Of a DNA stretch of 64,000 nucleotides, positions 1 through 9,251 are shown in pieces. The stretch is from a bacterium. Lineage in GTDB: Bacteria; SAR324; XYD2-FULL-50-16; G965216635. Under the pieces are notes generated by a model that searched no databases, had not been told where the DNA came from, and saw nothing but the letters and a program-made list of their open reading frames with translations. The position numbers and the translations under genes were made by a program. Each line of letters begins with the position of its first letter. Position 1 is the stretch's first letter. The DNA is taken from assembly GCA_965216635.1 (NCBI GenBank), contig OZ244188.1:1696001-1760000 (forward strand). Direction: 5' to 3'.

Positions 1-848
1 AAATAATTACTACTATTCCTGGTCAGACTGGTGCTCAAGCCCACGCACAAGCAACAGCCTTACGGCTTTGTGAGACTGGGGCTGCGAGCACAGACGGAAG
101 CAGTACTGGTTTTAGTGGTCTCCGATTCGCCCTAGCTGATGGAATTTACAGTATCAGCAACCCTATTAATTATGATCCCATAGCCTGTAAAAGTCACTTT
201 GCTACGCTTTTAGCCAATGCTATCCTAGTAGATGTGCCATTTAAATCAGAAACCTCAAAACCAGCGACAGCAAAATGGAGCGGTGCAGGGTTGCACTTTG
301 GCTGGCAGTTTCCTGATGGAAATAGAGTAGGATTGCAGCTACACAACTGGAAAGGAGGGGATAGTGAAATAAGTAGCCAGATTGCGATGTATGATTATTT
401 TTTTGCCAAAGGCTTTTATGCGGGAGTAGGAGCTGGAACTCTGCAACTCAAAGCACTAGGCAAAACACAAAGTCAAACAGCCCCAGCTGTGAATCTGGGT
501 TGGCAGTATTCTATTAAAGAGAATCTCAAGCTGGAACTAGGCTACCTTCTTTTGAACGGTGAGGTAACAGTTAAAAAAGAAACCAGAGCAACCAGAAATG
601 TAGTACTTTCCAGAGCAGTAGTTCCAGAACAAGTTGTATATTTAGGATTTGCACATAATACTAGTATTCCACATTATGAAATTTTTTGTGCTACTCCTCC
701 TTGTTCTTTACTGGGCGACTATGGAGTAAAAGTTACTAGCGAGCCACTCACTCAGGAAATATCACAAGAACACGAAGTAATAGAAACCCAAGAAGTAACC
801 GTCTCCAAACCATCTGTGATCTATATCCGCTTGAGCCTCAGCTTTTAG
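1..848 (+). CDS. Variable outer-membrane beta-barrel protein, subfamily B (5' part outside window)
   Basis: Frame is open from position 3 (IITTIPGQTGAQAHAQATALRLCETG...) through the track ORF 234..848. Near-identical blocks to 56779..57912; ends in a beta-signal-like IYIRLSLSF. Confidence 0.8.
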   Translation, partial: IITTIPGQTGAQAHAQATALRLCETGAASTDGSSTGFSGLRFALADGIYSISNPINYDPIACKSHFATLLANAILVDVPFKSETSKPATAKWSGAGLHFGWQFPDGNRVGLQLHNWKGGDSEISSQIAMYDYFFAKGFYAGVGAGTLQLKALGKTQSQTAPAVNLGWQYSIKENLKLELGYLLLNGEVTVKKETRATRNVVLSRAVVPEQVVYLGFAHNTSIPHYEIFCATPPCSLLGDYGVKVTSEPLTQEISQEHEVIETQEVTVSKPSVIYIRLSLSF

Positions 849-869
849 CATAAAATTCGTCTGGAGTTT

Positions 870-978
870 CTTTTAAGGAGCTCCTTTTAAGAACGTTTTT
901 TTTAAGAACGTTTCTTTTAAGAAGCTTCTTTTAAGAACGTTTCTTTTAAGGAGCTTCTTTTAAGAAGCTTCTTTTAAG
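870..978. repeat. Tandem 14-15 bp palindromic units TTTTAAG(GAGCTC/AACGTT/AAGCTT)
   Basis: About 7 consecutive units directly downstream of the OMP gene; a similar run occurs at ~57930-57990. Confidence 0.85.
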
Positions 979-1051
979 CCTATAAATAGTTTTAAAAGTT
1001 CAACTTGTTTTGGTTAAACTTTGACAAGCAAATTCAAAAGTCTATATATAA

Positions 1052-1396
1052 TAGACCTTTGAATTTGCGTTATGTGACGGCTAGGCAAGGCAAAAAAAAT
1101 TTTTAGCTCGCAGGAATATCGTAGTTAAAAACACTACAAAACTTGCATAATCTAAAAAAGAAATGCAAAAGCTCCAGTGGAGCTTTTGCTATAACCCTTA
1201 TGAAATAGATAGCAGTAAGAGAGTATTTCAAGAGTTAAAAATTTTTTTTAATGGCGTAGCAAAAAACACTACAAACCTTGCATACTCCAAAAAAGAAATG
1301 AAAAAGTGCCGAAAGGCACTTTTTCTATAGCCCATAAATAGTTTCAAGCAATAAGCTTGTTTTGGCTAAACTTTGGCAAGCAAATTCAAAAGTATA
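1052..1396. mobile_element. MITE-like palindromic element, long composite copy
   Basis: Ends TAGACCTTTGAATTTGC ... GCAAATTCAAAAGTATA. Internal modules are shared with 3956-4200, 33003-33142 and 59510-59698. Another right end lies at ~1005-1044. Confidence 0.7.
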
Positions 1397-1409
1397 TATA
1401 TAAATAAAA

Positions 1410-1727
1410 ATGGAAGTAATAGAAGGTCAAATCAGTATTCTTGAAGCACGAGACTGGATTAAAGAAGGTAGGAAGGCTTATCTCTTAGATTTAAGAGATA
1501 AGGCTAGCTTTGATAAATATAAAATAAAGCCATTTCAAAATATTGCTGCGGATAAGGTTAGCAAAATCATTTCTCAAATAGACACTGAAAATGCTATTTT
1601 GCTAATCTGCCAAGACGGAACAGAAAGCGTAAAAGCACAAAAAATCTTTTCTTCTTGTGGAATTCAATCCTATGTTGTGCGTGGCGGAATCAATTACTGG
1701 CAAAAAGTCTTTGACACAGAAGACTAG
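1410..1727 (+). CDS. Rhodanese-like domain protein
   Basis: LLDLR motif, catalytic-loop Cys (LICQDGTES), C-terminal V-x-GG-x2-W; 105 aa. Confidence 0.8.
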   Translation: MEVIEGQISILEARDWIKEGRKAYLLDLRDKASFDKYKIKPFQNIAADKVSKIISQIDTENAILLICQDGTESVKAQKIFSSCGIQSYVVRGGINYWQKVFDTED

Positions 1728-1781
1728 TTTTGTCCGCAATTTTTGCTGGGCTAAACCAAATTCGTGTTTAAAGAATCATTC

Positions 1782-1810
1782 TTGACAAAATATAAAGAAT
1801 TTGTTAAAAT
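1782..1810 (+). promoter_or_regulatory. Sigma70-type promoter
   Basis: TTGACA (1782-1787), 17 bp spacer, TAAAAT (1805-1810), upstream of small ORF 1866. Confidence 0.65.
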
Positions 1811-1865
1811 AGATTTTTTGAAAACAGAACCACCATTGCATTGATACTCCTATAGACTATTAAAA

Positions 1866-2006
1866 ATGAAAACACAAGTGCACAAACAACCAAAAAAAAC
1901 TCCTCCTATGCGAGTTATTATGGAATACCCTTATAAAGGCACTTTTAGTAAGGCTAAAATAAGAAAAGCTGTTGAAAAAGTCATAAATGCCAGAACTAGT
2001 AAATAG
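1866..2006 (+). CDS. Small basic hypothetical protein (46 aa), not in the ORF track
   Basis: MKTQVHKQPKKTPPMRVIMEYPYKGTFSKAKIRKAVEKVINARTSK; consensus promoter upstream; paralogue at 2196..2366. Confidence 0.6.
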   Translation: MKTQVHKQPKKTPPMRVIMEYPYKGTFSKAKIRKAVEKVINARTSK

Positions 2007-2125
2007 TGAAAGAAATTTATAATAAGAATGTTTTTATCAACTGTCCTTTTGATAAAAATTACAAACCTATCCATACCGCAATTATTTTCACAATCTCTGC
2101 TGGGCTAAACCAAATTCGTGTTTAA
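2006..2125 (+). pseudogene. 5' fragment of a conserved hypothetical protein with an NVFINCPFD motif
   Basis: GTG overlaps the upstream stop; reads MKEIYNKNVFINCPFDKNYKPIHTAIIFTI and is then cut by the duplicated promoter block at ~2099. Confidence 0.45.
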
Positions 2126-2135
2126 AGAATCATTC

Positions 2136-2164
2136 TTGCCAAAATATAAAGAATTTGTTAAAAT
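2136..2164 (+). promoter_or_regulatory. Sigma70-type promoter (duplicate of 1782-1810)
   Basis: TTGCCA, 17 bp spacer, TAAAAT inside a ~68 bp direct repeat (1745-1812 vs 2099-2167). Confidence 0.6.
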
Positions 2165-2195
2165 AGAAAATTTTCAACCCTAAGAAATAACAACT

Positions 2196-2366
2196 ATGAT
2201 AGCGAAAAATATAACAACTATGGTAGAAAAAACTGACTCCTCCAATAAAATAAAAAAAGCTTCTTCTAAAAGAACCTTTATAGAATATCCTTACAAGGGT
2301 GCTATTAGCAGAGCTAAAATTAGAAAAGCAGTGTCAGAAGTTATTGCAGAAAGAGTGAATAAATAG
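2196..2366 (+). CDS. Small basic hypothetical protein (56 aa), paralogue of 1866..2006
   Basis: MIAKNITTMVEKTDSSNKIKKASSKRTFIEYPYKGAISRAKIRKAVSEVIAERVNK; shares EYPYKGxxSxAKIRKAVxxVI. Confidence 0.6.
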   Translation: MIAKNITTMVEKTDSSNKIKKASSKRTFIEYPYKGAISRAKIRKAVSEVIAERVNK

Positions 2367-2475
2367 AGTGGTAAAAGATGAGAGATAAAGATACTATAAA
2401 TTTTCAAGAAGAAGATCTTTACAAATTTTTATTAAAAATTGAAAAAATTAAAGAAGTATAATTTTCAAAGTATAA

Positions 2476-3438
2476 TCAAAAATAGCGGGAATAGTATTTT
2501 TGAATAAGCTCACCGTAAGGATCTATAATTCTAACTTCTGGCTCTAAAAAAATTTTAAATTTTTCCCAAACTGCTTTTTGGATTGCTAAAAAAGCTGTCT
2601 CTATATCTTTAAAACTAGCTCCTCCTAGGTTCACAAAAAAATTACTGTGCTTTTGGCTTACTTCTAGTTTTCCAAAAATCTTTCCTTTAAACCCACATTT
2701 TTCAATTAAGTCTGCTGCAAAGAATCCTTTAGGATTTTTAAAAACAGATCCCCAAGTGGATTGATGAATGGGTTGGCTGGCTTTTCTTTTTTTTAGGATC
2801 TTAGTTTGAATCTTTACAATATTCTCACTACTGTTGGGTTGAAATTGAAAAAGAGCTTCACAGATTATTTCTTTTTTTTTCATAAAATAGGAATAACGAT
2901 AAGCAAAATCTATCTCTTTACAAACTCCTATCTTAATATTTCCGTGAGAGTCTAAAGAGCTAACCTGTTTTAAAATTTGCCTTGTTTCTTTTCCATTAGC
3001 CCCAGCGTTCATAAAAACCAATCCTCCGACACTTGCTGGAATGCCTATCAAAAATTCTCCTCCTCCAAGTCCATTTTTTTTCAAATGTTGAGCTAACCCT
3101 GTAGTAGATACTCCAGCACCAACTGCGAGTTGGGAATTTTCTTTTTGTGTTATTTTTTTAAAGTCTTCTCCCAATAAAATCAAAAGACCATAAAATCCTT
3201 CATCGCTAAAAATGCTGTTACTTCCTTTTCCTAAAATGAAATAAGGAGTTTTATCTCGGTTACAAAAAACCAAAACTTTTCTTAATTCTTCGGTCGTATC
3301 TACCTTGAGTAAGTGATGCGCAAAACCCGAGCAACGAAAGGAAGTGTAGGCTACTAAAGGAGTGTGAAATAAAGGTTTATTCTTCCAGTCATTAGAGTTT
3401 AGAAATTGTTTTAATTTTGAAAATCTAGTCGCTGGCAT
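2476..3438 (-). CDS. murB: UDP-N-acetylmuramate dehydrogenase
   Basis: LGKGSN, GIPASVGG-x3-MNAGA, GSVFKNP, KHSNF, LEPEV motifs. Confidence 0.95.
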   Translation of the reverse strand: MPATRFSKLKQFLNSNDWKNKPLFHTPLVAYTSFRCSGFAHHLLKVDTTEELRKVLVFCNRDKTPYFILGKGSNSIFSDEGFYGLLILLGEDFKKITQKENSQLAVGAGVSTTGLAQHLKKNGLGGGEFLIGIPASVGGLVFMNAGANGKETRQILKQVSSLDSHGNIKIGVCKEIDFAYRYSYFMKKKEIICEALFQFQPNSSENIVKIQTKILKKRKASQPIHQSTWGSVFKNPKGFFAADLIEKCGFKGKIFGKLEVSQKHSNFFVNLGGASFKDIETAFLAIQKAVWEKFKIFLEPEVRIIDPYGELIQKYYSRYF

Positions 3439-3494
3439 TTTTTCAATCTGGCATTTTATCTAGTTCAGGTATTTTATCTAGTTCTGGTATTTTA

Positions 3495-3770
3495 TTAATG
3501 GTTTGATTTCTCAAAAGTTGGCAATTTGAGTAAATCAGCAGCGTAGTGTTGATAGTCAAATTCTTGGCTGACTACTAAATTATGGAAATGCTTGACGACT
3601 AGACTTGCCAGCATTGTGCGAATTTTTTTCATGGAAAAACCTTGCCCCAGAAGTCTTTCAATTGTTTGATTAACTTCGGGGGGATCTCCGCTTTCAATCT
3701 GCTGATCTATAGCTTTTTGAATACTGGAATTCAGTGTATGAATCAGCTCTTCTTTTTTGTCAGAATCCAT
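3495..3770 (-). CDS. Conserved hypothetical protein
   Basis: 91 aa ORF co-oriented between the tRNAs and murB; QIESGDPPEV..TIERL and FDY..Y...L..LP pattern. Confidence 0.7.
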   Translation of the reverse strand: MDSDKKEELIHTLNSSIQKAIDQQIESGDPPEVNQTIERLLGQGFSMKKIRTMLASLVVKHFHNLVVSQEFDYQHYAADLLKLPTFEKSNH

Positions 3771-3783
3771 TTTTATAGAAAAG

Positions 3784-3857
3784 CATCCCCAAGGGGATTC
3801 GAACCCCTGTTGCCGCCGTGAAAGGGCGGTGTCCTAGGCCGACTAGACGATGGGGAC
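3784..3857 (-). tRNA. tRNA-Glu (UUC), CCA not encoded
   Basis: Minus strand GTCCCCATCGTCTAGTCGGCCTAGGACACCGCCCTTTCACGGCGGCAACAGGGGTTCGAATCCCCTTGGGGATG; cloverleaf, TTC anticodon. Confidence 0.97.
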
Positions 3858-3859
3858 TA

Positions 3860-3932
3860 TGAGTCGGAGGGGATTCGAACCCCTGACCACCTGATTAAAA
3901 GTCAGGTGCTCTACCAGCTGAGCTACCGACCC
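3860..3932 (-). tRNA. tRNA-Lys (UUU), CCA not encoded
   Basis: Minus strand GGGTCGGTAGCTCAGCTGGTAGAGCACCTGACTTTTAATCAGGTGGTCAGGGGTTCGAATCCCCTCCGACTCA; TTT anticodon. Confidence 0.97.
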
Positions 3933-3955
3933 GTCAATTATTGGTAAAACAAGAT

Positions 3956-4200
3956 GAGACTATTGTATTTGCATTCTGTTTAGCCTAAACAAGCTTATTG
4001 CTTGAAATAGGGATGGGCTGTAGTAAAAGAGCCACTGGCTCTTTTGCATTTCTTTTTTAAATTATGCAAGGTTTGTAGTGCCTGGTCACATTATTGTGGC
4101 ACTACGATATTCTCCTACGAGCTAAAAAATTTTTTCGCACCTGCTAACCATTTGGCTAGCCCCAATAGTGGGATAAGCATCAGCGAAATTCAAAAGTCTA
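3956..4200. mobile_element. MITE-like palindromic element copy
   Basis: GAGACTATTGTATTTGC ... GAAATTCAAAAGTCTA ends; internal module is the reverse complement of that at ~1117-1190 and 59540-59630. Confidence 0.65.
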
Positions 4201-4307
4201 TACTAATTGTTTTTTTTCTTTTTTGCAATTTTTTTTCCAAACATTTTTTTGGGGATATTTTTTTGGGGACATTTTTTCTTTAAGAAAATTTTAAATAATA
4301 TAAATCA

Positions 4308-5825
4308 TCAAATTTGCTGCAAATAATCTTTTAAAAAATCACCAAAACTTATCTTGTCTTGCTTTTCTATTGTTGCAGTATTTTTCAAAGATGATGTTTT
4401 TTCTTTAGACATCAATGCTAAAAAATCTTTTTTTATCGGTTGGTTTAAAAAATAATCTTTGTGTTTTTCTGATTTTTCTAAAATATAAGAATAATAGCTT
4501 AAATTTTTTTCTTCCATTTCTTTCAAAATTATAGCCGATGGAGTATTATCTGGTTCTTCTAAAATTTTCTGCCATGCGCTCAAACTTGTTTTATAAAACT
4601 TGGAATTATTTGTGGTAGCTAAAGAATCTATAAGCTCTTTTAAACAATCAAAAATTTCCTCTCCCCAACTTTTTAAAGACTGTTTCTTTCTGTCTCTTTG
4701 TAATAAAAGTTTAGGTTGCCTCCCTCGCAAGCAAGCCGTTTCTTGGTTGTAATTTAATTCTTGCCAATCTGCTGCTTCTAACATAGGGCTGGGCATTATC
4801 AAACAAAAAATAAACATCAGTTCTAAAAAATAAGCCTGCGATAAATCTAGCCCTAAGGGAGACGAAGGCTGTAAATCTAAAGAACGAAATTCAAAATACT
4901 CTACTCCATTTTTTTGCAAATAAAAAAGAGGTCTTTTAGAAGCAATCTGCTTAGGCTTGGGTCTCAGAGGTGCATAAAGTTCATTTTCAATTTGAATCGT
5001 ACTACTATTTAATTGTAAAAAATCCTCTCCTTCTTTCAATCCTATTTTTTCAAATTTTGGTTCCGTGGTTTGAATTATTTTGCCTAAACAATGAATATAT
5101 TCTTGTAGGCTATTGTAGCTAATATCTACAATTTTTTTATTCTTATAGCTTAACTGTCTTAAAGAAGTAGCAAAAGGAAACTCCTTTGATTCGTAATAAT
5201 GGCTGACGATAGGAATTTTTTTATCAGCAATAGGACTGGCTCCCAAAAGATAGGCTAAAAACCACTGGTAGCGTAAAAAATTTCGCGCTACTCCAAAAAG
5301 TGCCTCATTTTTTTTATCAAATCCATTGTAGAATTGTTGCCAAATTTTCGGGTGAAAAGAATAGTTAAAATGCAGTCCGCTAATCATTTGCATTTTATCT
5401 CCGTATCGCAATCGCAATCCTTTGCGGTAGGTTTCTTTGAGTTTAGCTTTGTTAGATTTCCCAAATTGAGCGATTTGAATAGGCACACCTTCAATGCTAT
5501 CTGCGGGCATACTAGCAACCCAAAAACTCTCACTTTTTAAACACCGATGACTATAACTATGCAAGTTTTTTAAGAACTCAAAAAGCTCAGGCAAGGAAGA
5601 GTGAGGTGGGGTGACTAGTTCAGGCATAGCTTCTGCAAAATCCTTTGTAATGTAAGAATGGGTAAGGGCAGAACCAAATTCTTCAGGAGCAGAATTTTGA
5701 GAAAGTTTTCCTTTTACATCTATTCGCAAATTTTCCTTTTCTATCCCTTTCTTGCCTTGAAAAAGCCATGACAAATCGCCTTTACCTTGAAAGGTTGCTA
5801 GTTCTTTTTTGAATTTTTTGAACAC
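4308..5825 (-). CDS. gshA: Glutamate--cysteine ligase
   Basis: GIEKENLR, GSALTHSYITKDFAE, MQMISGLHFNYS, QIENELYAPLRPK, GVEYFEFRSLD. Confidence 0.95.
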   Translation of the reverse strand: MFKKFKKELATFQGKGDLSWLFQGKKGIEKENLRIDVKGKLSQNSAPEEFGSALTHSYITKDFAEAMPELVTPPHSSLPELFEFLKNLHSYSHRCLKSESFWVASMPADSIEGVPIQIAQFGKSNKAKLKETYRKGLRLRYGDKMQMISGLHFNYSFHPKIWQQFYNGFDKKNEALFGVARNFLRYQWFLAYLLGASPIADKKIPIVSHYYESKEFPFATSLRQLSYKNKKIVDISYNSLQEYIHCLGKIIQTTEPKFEKIGLKEGEDFLQLNSSTIQIENELYAPLRPKPKQIASKRPLFYLQKNGVEYFEFRSLDLQPSSPLGLDLSQAYFLELMFIFCLIMPSPMLEAADWQELNYNQETACLRGRQPKLLLQRDRKKQSLKSWGEEIFDCLKELIDSLATTNNSKFYKTSLSAWQKILEEPDNTPSAIILKEMEEKNLSYYSYILEKSEKHKDYFLNQPIKKDFLALMSKEKTSSLKNTATIEKQDKISFGDFLKDYLQQI

Positions 5826-5875
5826 TTTTTGTGAATAATTTAAGAAGTTTCTTGAAAAAAGTTGTTTGAATTTTG

Positions 5876-6541
5876 TTACAGCATCTCATACCCAAACAAA
5901 GTAAAATCATCGTAATATATTTTATTGATGATTTTTATTGTTTCAGGAGTTAAATTAGGAGTTTCTATAGATTGCGTACTATTTTTTTTAAGGCTCATAT
6001 CTAAGTCAATTTTTTTTGCAAAAATATTCATTTTTTCTAAATTTTCTATTTTAATTATTTGAATTTTAAATTTAAAGATGTAACTTGTTAAACTTGAATA
6101 AAACCTTCGTTTTTTCTGGAAAAATGCTTTCCCTTGAAGATGAGTGTGAGAGTCTTTCAAGTAATGATTAGGAAGCAGACGAATAAAATCAACAAAAGAT
6201 GTATTAGATAATTTGGATATAATAACATCCTTAGAATCATTTGAATCAATATTTAAAGAAGTGAAAAACATTTTTTGAGCATCTTGAAACTCAAAACTGG
6301 TCTTATTAAGTTGCATTTTAGTCAGCTGTTGCATTTTATCTTTATAAAAAGAAATAATTCTCGTATAAGGATTTCTAACTAATAAATAATGCTTAGCCCT
6401 AAAAATATTAGTGATTTTTTTAAATAAAAATTCTTTCCAAAATATCTCATCTAATGAATCAGTGGAATACAAACTGCTATACATAACTTTTAAATTTGTT
6501 GAAATAAGAATTTTATTTTTCTTATGAAAAAAATGAACCAT
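5876..6541 (-). CDS. Sulfotransferase family 2-like protein
   Basis: KVMYSS (5'-PSB-like), LVRNPYTRIISFY (3'-PB), DxH-x2-Q, Y-x-DDF-x-LFGY. Confidence 0.75.
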   Translation of the reverse strand: MVHFFHKKNKILISTNLKVMYSSLYSTDSLDEIFWKEFLFKKITNIFRAKHYLLVRNPYTRIISFYKDKMQQLTKMQLNKTSFEFQDAQKMFFTSLNIDSNDSKDVIISKLSNTSFVDFIRLLPNHYLKDSHTHLQGKAFFQKKRRFYSSLTSYIFKFKIQIIKIENLEKMNIFAKKIDLDMSLKKNSTQSIETPNLTPETIKIINKIYYDDFTLFGYEML

Positions 6542-6571
6542 ATTTTATATTTTTTTGTTGATTAGAAATGT

Positions 6572-8068
6572 TTATTTTGGAAAACATTTTTGATACGCTT
6601 GGCTAGTTTTAGCTTTTATTTTTTTCAAATCCTCAGTCAGTAGGTTTAATTCTTTTTGTTGATTTTGGATCATTTTCTTCACAGATTCTGGGGCAGGTCC
6701 TCCAATATGATTTTTCTTTTTTAATAGCTCTAAGGGGTTGTCTGTATGCAGTAAAGAAACTATTTTTTTCTTGGGTAGAAAAATTTTTAATTCTGTAGCT
6801 GCTTTTTTTAGAGAATCTGCTTCTATATTATTATTAGAATATTTTACAGCTAAAGCTACGAGATTATAACTATCTCTAAAAGCCAATCCCTGTTCCGCTG
6901 CAAGATAATCCGCCAAATCTGCTGCATTTGCACAGTCTGCTTGACTCTTACTTGCCATTTGCTTTTTTTGGGCTTGGCTGCTTTCTATAACAGATGCTAG
7001 AATTTTGGCAACCAGTTCTGTTTCATCAAATAAATCCATAATTAAATATTTACTCTGCTGAGAATCTCGGTTGTAGCCACTCATAGTGCCTTTTGCAATT
7101 CCAAGCAGGCTTTGTAAAGTTCCGTGGCAAAGCGAGGTTTTGGAGCGAATAACTTCTGCAAAATCAGGATTCTTTTTTTGTGGCATAATAGAAGATCCAG
7201 TCACAAAAGAATCATCTAGTTGTAGCATTCCAAAATAAGGATGCGACAATAAAATTAAATCTTGCGAAACAATACAAAATTGATTCATCAAAACAGCAAT
7301 ATCTCCAGCCAAACGAGCCTCCCATTCGCCTCGAGAAGTGATGCAGTCTAAAGTGTTTTCTTGGACTCCGTCAAAGCCAAGTAGCCTTGCTGTATATTCT
7401 CTATCAATTCGCCATGTAGTACCAAAACCAGCCGCAGAACCTAAAGGGCTTTTGTTCATTGCTTTGAGTTTTTCCAGAAACAAAGAAAAACTTCTTAACA
7501 AACCTTGAGACCAATGACTCAACCAATGGGCAAAAGTAGTGGGCATTGCAGGTTGATAGTGAGTAAAACCTATCATAACGGTTTCCAATTCTTGTGAGGA
7601 TTTTTTTAAGATACTGTTGATAAGTTCTGCAAGTAGCTCTAAAAAATTTAAACATTCTTGACGCAAGTAGAGGCGCATAGTAGTTGCAATTTGGTCGTTG
7701 CGACTACGAGCGGTATGGATTTTTTTTCCAGCAAGTATGGATTTTTTATTTGTGATATAGTTTTCAATATTGATATGCACATCTTCTAATTCTGGATCTA
7801 ACGGAAACTTTCCAGCAGAATGAAGTTTAAATATTTCATAAAAACTTTGCTTTAATTTCTGCCATTCTTGGTTATTGATGATTTTTTGTTTGGCAAGCAT
7901 TTGACAGTGAGCGTAATTCGTCCACAAATCCCAAACTACCAGTCTTTCATCTGCCATAGGAATAGGGGACACATCTCTCGCAGCACAAAACCGAATATTC
8001 GCTTTTATAGATTCTTTTTTTTTATTGTCTAGTTCTAAGTGATTCCCCCAAATCGTTTTTTTTTTCAT
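6572..8068 (-). CDS. argH: Argininosuccinate lyase
   Basis: IHTARSRNDQ, GFTHYQPA, TGSSIMPQKKNPD, GYNRDSQ. Start placed at ATG 8068 (MKKKTIWG) to avoid overlap with the upstream ORF. Confidence 0.95.
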   Translation of the reverse strand: MKKKTIWGNHLELDNKKKESIKANIRFCAARDVSPIPMADERLVVWDLWTNYAHCQMLAKQKIINNQEWQKLKQSFYEIFKLHSAGKFPLDPELEDVHINIENYITNKKSILAGKKIHTARSRNDQIATTMRLYLRQECLNFLELLAELINSILKKSSQELETVMIGFTHYQPAMPTTFAHWLSHWSQGLLRSFSLFLEKLKAMNKSPLGSAAGFGTTWRIDREYTARLLGFDGVQENTLDCITSRGEWEARLAGDIAVLMNQFCIVSQDLILLSHPYFGMLQLDDSFVTGSSIMPQKKNPDFAEVIRSKTSLCHGTLQSLLGIAKGTMSGYNRDSQQSKYLIMDLFDETELVAKILASVIESSQAQKKQMASKSQADCANAADLADYLAAEQGLAFRDSYNLVALAVKYSNNNIEADSLKKAATELKIFLPKKKIVSLLHTDNPLELLKKKNHIGGPAPESVKKMIQNQQKELNLLTEDLKKIKAKTSQAYQKCFPK

Positions 8069-8082
8069 TAACTTAATATAGC

Positions 8083-8361
8083 TTAGCAAGCAAAGTAGTC
8101 CTCTAGTATTCCGTCTGTATCTATTTTCATTATTATAAACGAACAAATTTTGTCTAACCAGATTTTAACCTCTTCTTTTGTTTGGCACTGGATTAAAGAA
8201 TCAAATTTTCTCCCGCAAATATCTTTTAGGTAGTCTTCATCTGCATCGTCTAATCCCAAATATTCCTTTACATCATCTAAAAAATAGGAAGTAAAATTGC
8301 TTGGTTCTTCAACACAAAGCTCTTTTAACCATTCTAAAATTTGGGGAAAGTTTATAGTCAT
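8083..8361 (-). CDS. Acidic hypothetical protein
   Basis: 92 aa ORF co-oriented in the alaX-argH run; no recognisable motif. Confidence 0.55.
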   Translation of the reverse strand: MTINFPQILEWLKELCVEEPSNFTSYFLDDVKEYLGLDDADEDYLKDICGRKFDSLIQCQTKEEVKIWLDKICSFIIMKIDTDGILEDYFAC

Positions 8362-8389
8362 AACAAAAAAATATTTTCAGAAAAATTTT

Positions 8390-9226
8390 TTATTTAGATA
8401 GAGGATAAAAATTCTTAACTGAAGACGTAGCTATAAACTCAAATTTTTTTTCTTTAAAATTCCAAGTTATAAAATATTTATTATAACTACGAACTAAAAC
8501 TACATTTTTTTTCTTTTCATCAATTTCAAATATATATATATTTTTTGAAGGATTTTTTATAGGTGATATGAAGTTTTTTAATGAATTTGGAACGCAATTA
8601 CAGATTCTCCCTACCGATATAATACCTCCATATATTGACAAAAATATTGCTACAGGTAAGTAGAATAAAAAAATTGATTTTAATATGCTTGTTTTTTTAA
8701 AAAAACAACAGTTCCAAATTGCTACCAAAAACATCACCAATTCTAGTGATGTGTCTATTAGAAATTTAGTATCATAAAAAAAATATTTAACCAATTTCAC
8801 AAGTAATGCAATTAACAAGATGACAGCAATAAAAAGCCAAGCATTCTCTTCATTAGCTAGTAATTTTTTAAAACGAGAAATAGGTTTATCAGTTTTTGTT
8901 GTTTCCTCTACAGACTCATTTTTTTTATGGTAAATTAGCTGTAATAGAGACAGAATAAACGGAATAAACAGAATAAACAGAATAGGAAAAAGAGTAGAAA
9001 TAATCAGTTCAATTGCATTCGGAATCCATACCAAAGCAGTACGAATATGATCGTCTATAGTTGTTGGTATCTCAGAAAATTTAACACCAATCCAAAATAG
9101 AAATCCCCAATCATATGCAACAGAAAGAACTAGTATTAAGGAAATTAATATAGGAATTGAAAGTGCCACTGTGGGTAGCTTTTCTTTCATAAAATGATCT
9201 ATTTTATTTATTTCTTTAATATCCAT
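8390..9226 (-). CDS. Hypothetical integral membrane protein
   Basis: About 5 hydrophobic segments; very AT-rich. Confidence 0.7.
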   Translation of the reverse strand: MDIKEINKIDHFMKEKLPTVALSIPILISLILVLSVAYDWGFLFWIGVKFSEIPTTIDDHIRTALVWIPNAIELIISTLFPILFILFIPFILSLLQLIYHKKNESVEETTKTDKPISRFKKLLANEENAWLFIAVILLIALLVKLVKYFFYDTKFLIDTSLELVMFLVAIWNCCFFKKTSILKSIFLFYLPVAIFLSIYGGIISVGRICNCVPNSLKNFISPIKNPSKNIYIFEIDEKKKNVVLVRSYNKYFITWNFKEKKFEFIATSSVKNFYPLSK

Positions 9227-9251
9227 TGAAATTTTTTGACTTCAGATTTTT

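Noticed and set aside
870..978. CRISPR-like array of palindromes
   Set aside because: Units are only 14-15 bp with no spacers.
4044..4283. Short ORFs 4044..4283, 31137..31340, 31189..31470 and 59408..59665
   Set aside because: They lie inside intergenic repeat elements and translate to low-complexity F/K-rich sequence.
3784..4300. tRNA-targeted integrative element
   Set aside because: No integrase and no duplicated tRNA 3' end seen in the window; flanking genes are housekeeping.
8069..8146. N-terminal extensions in the track for argH (8146), gloA (35887), ddl copy 2 (51168) and the sulfotransferase (53246)
   Set aside because: They overlap an upstream gene or repeat, or precede the start implied by homologues; downstream ATGs fit better.
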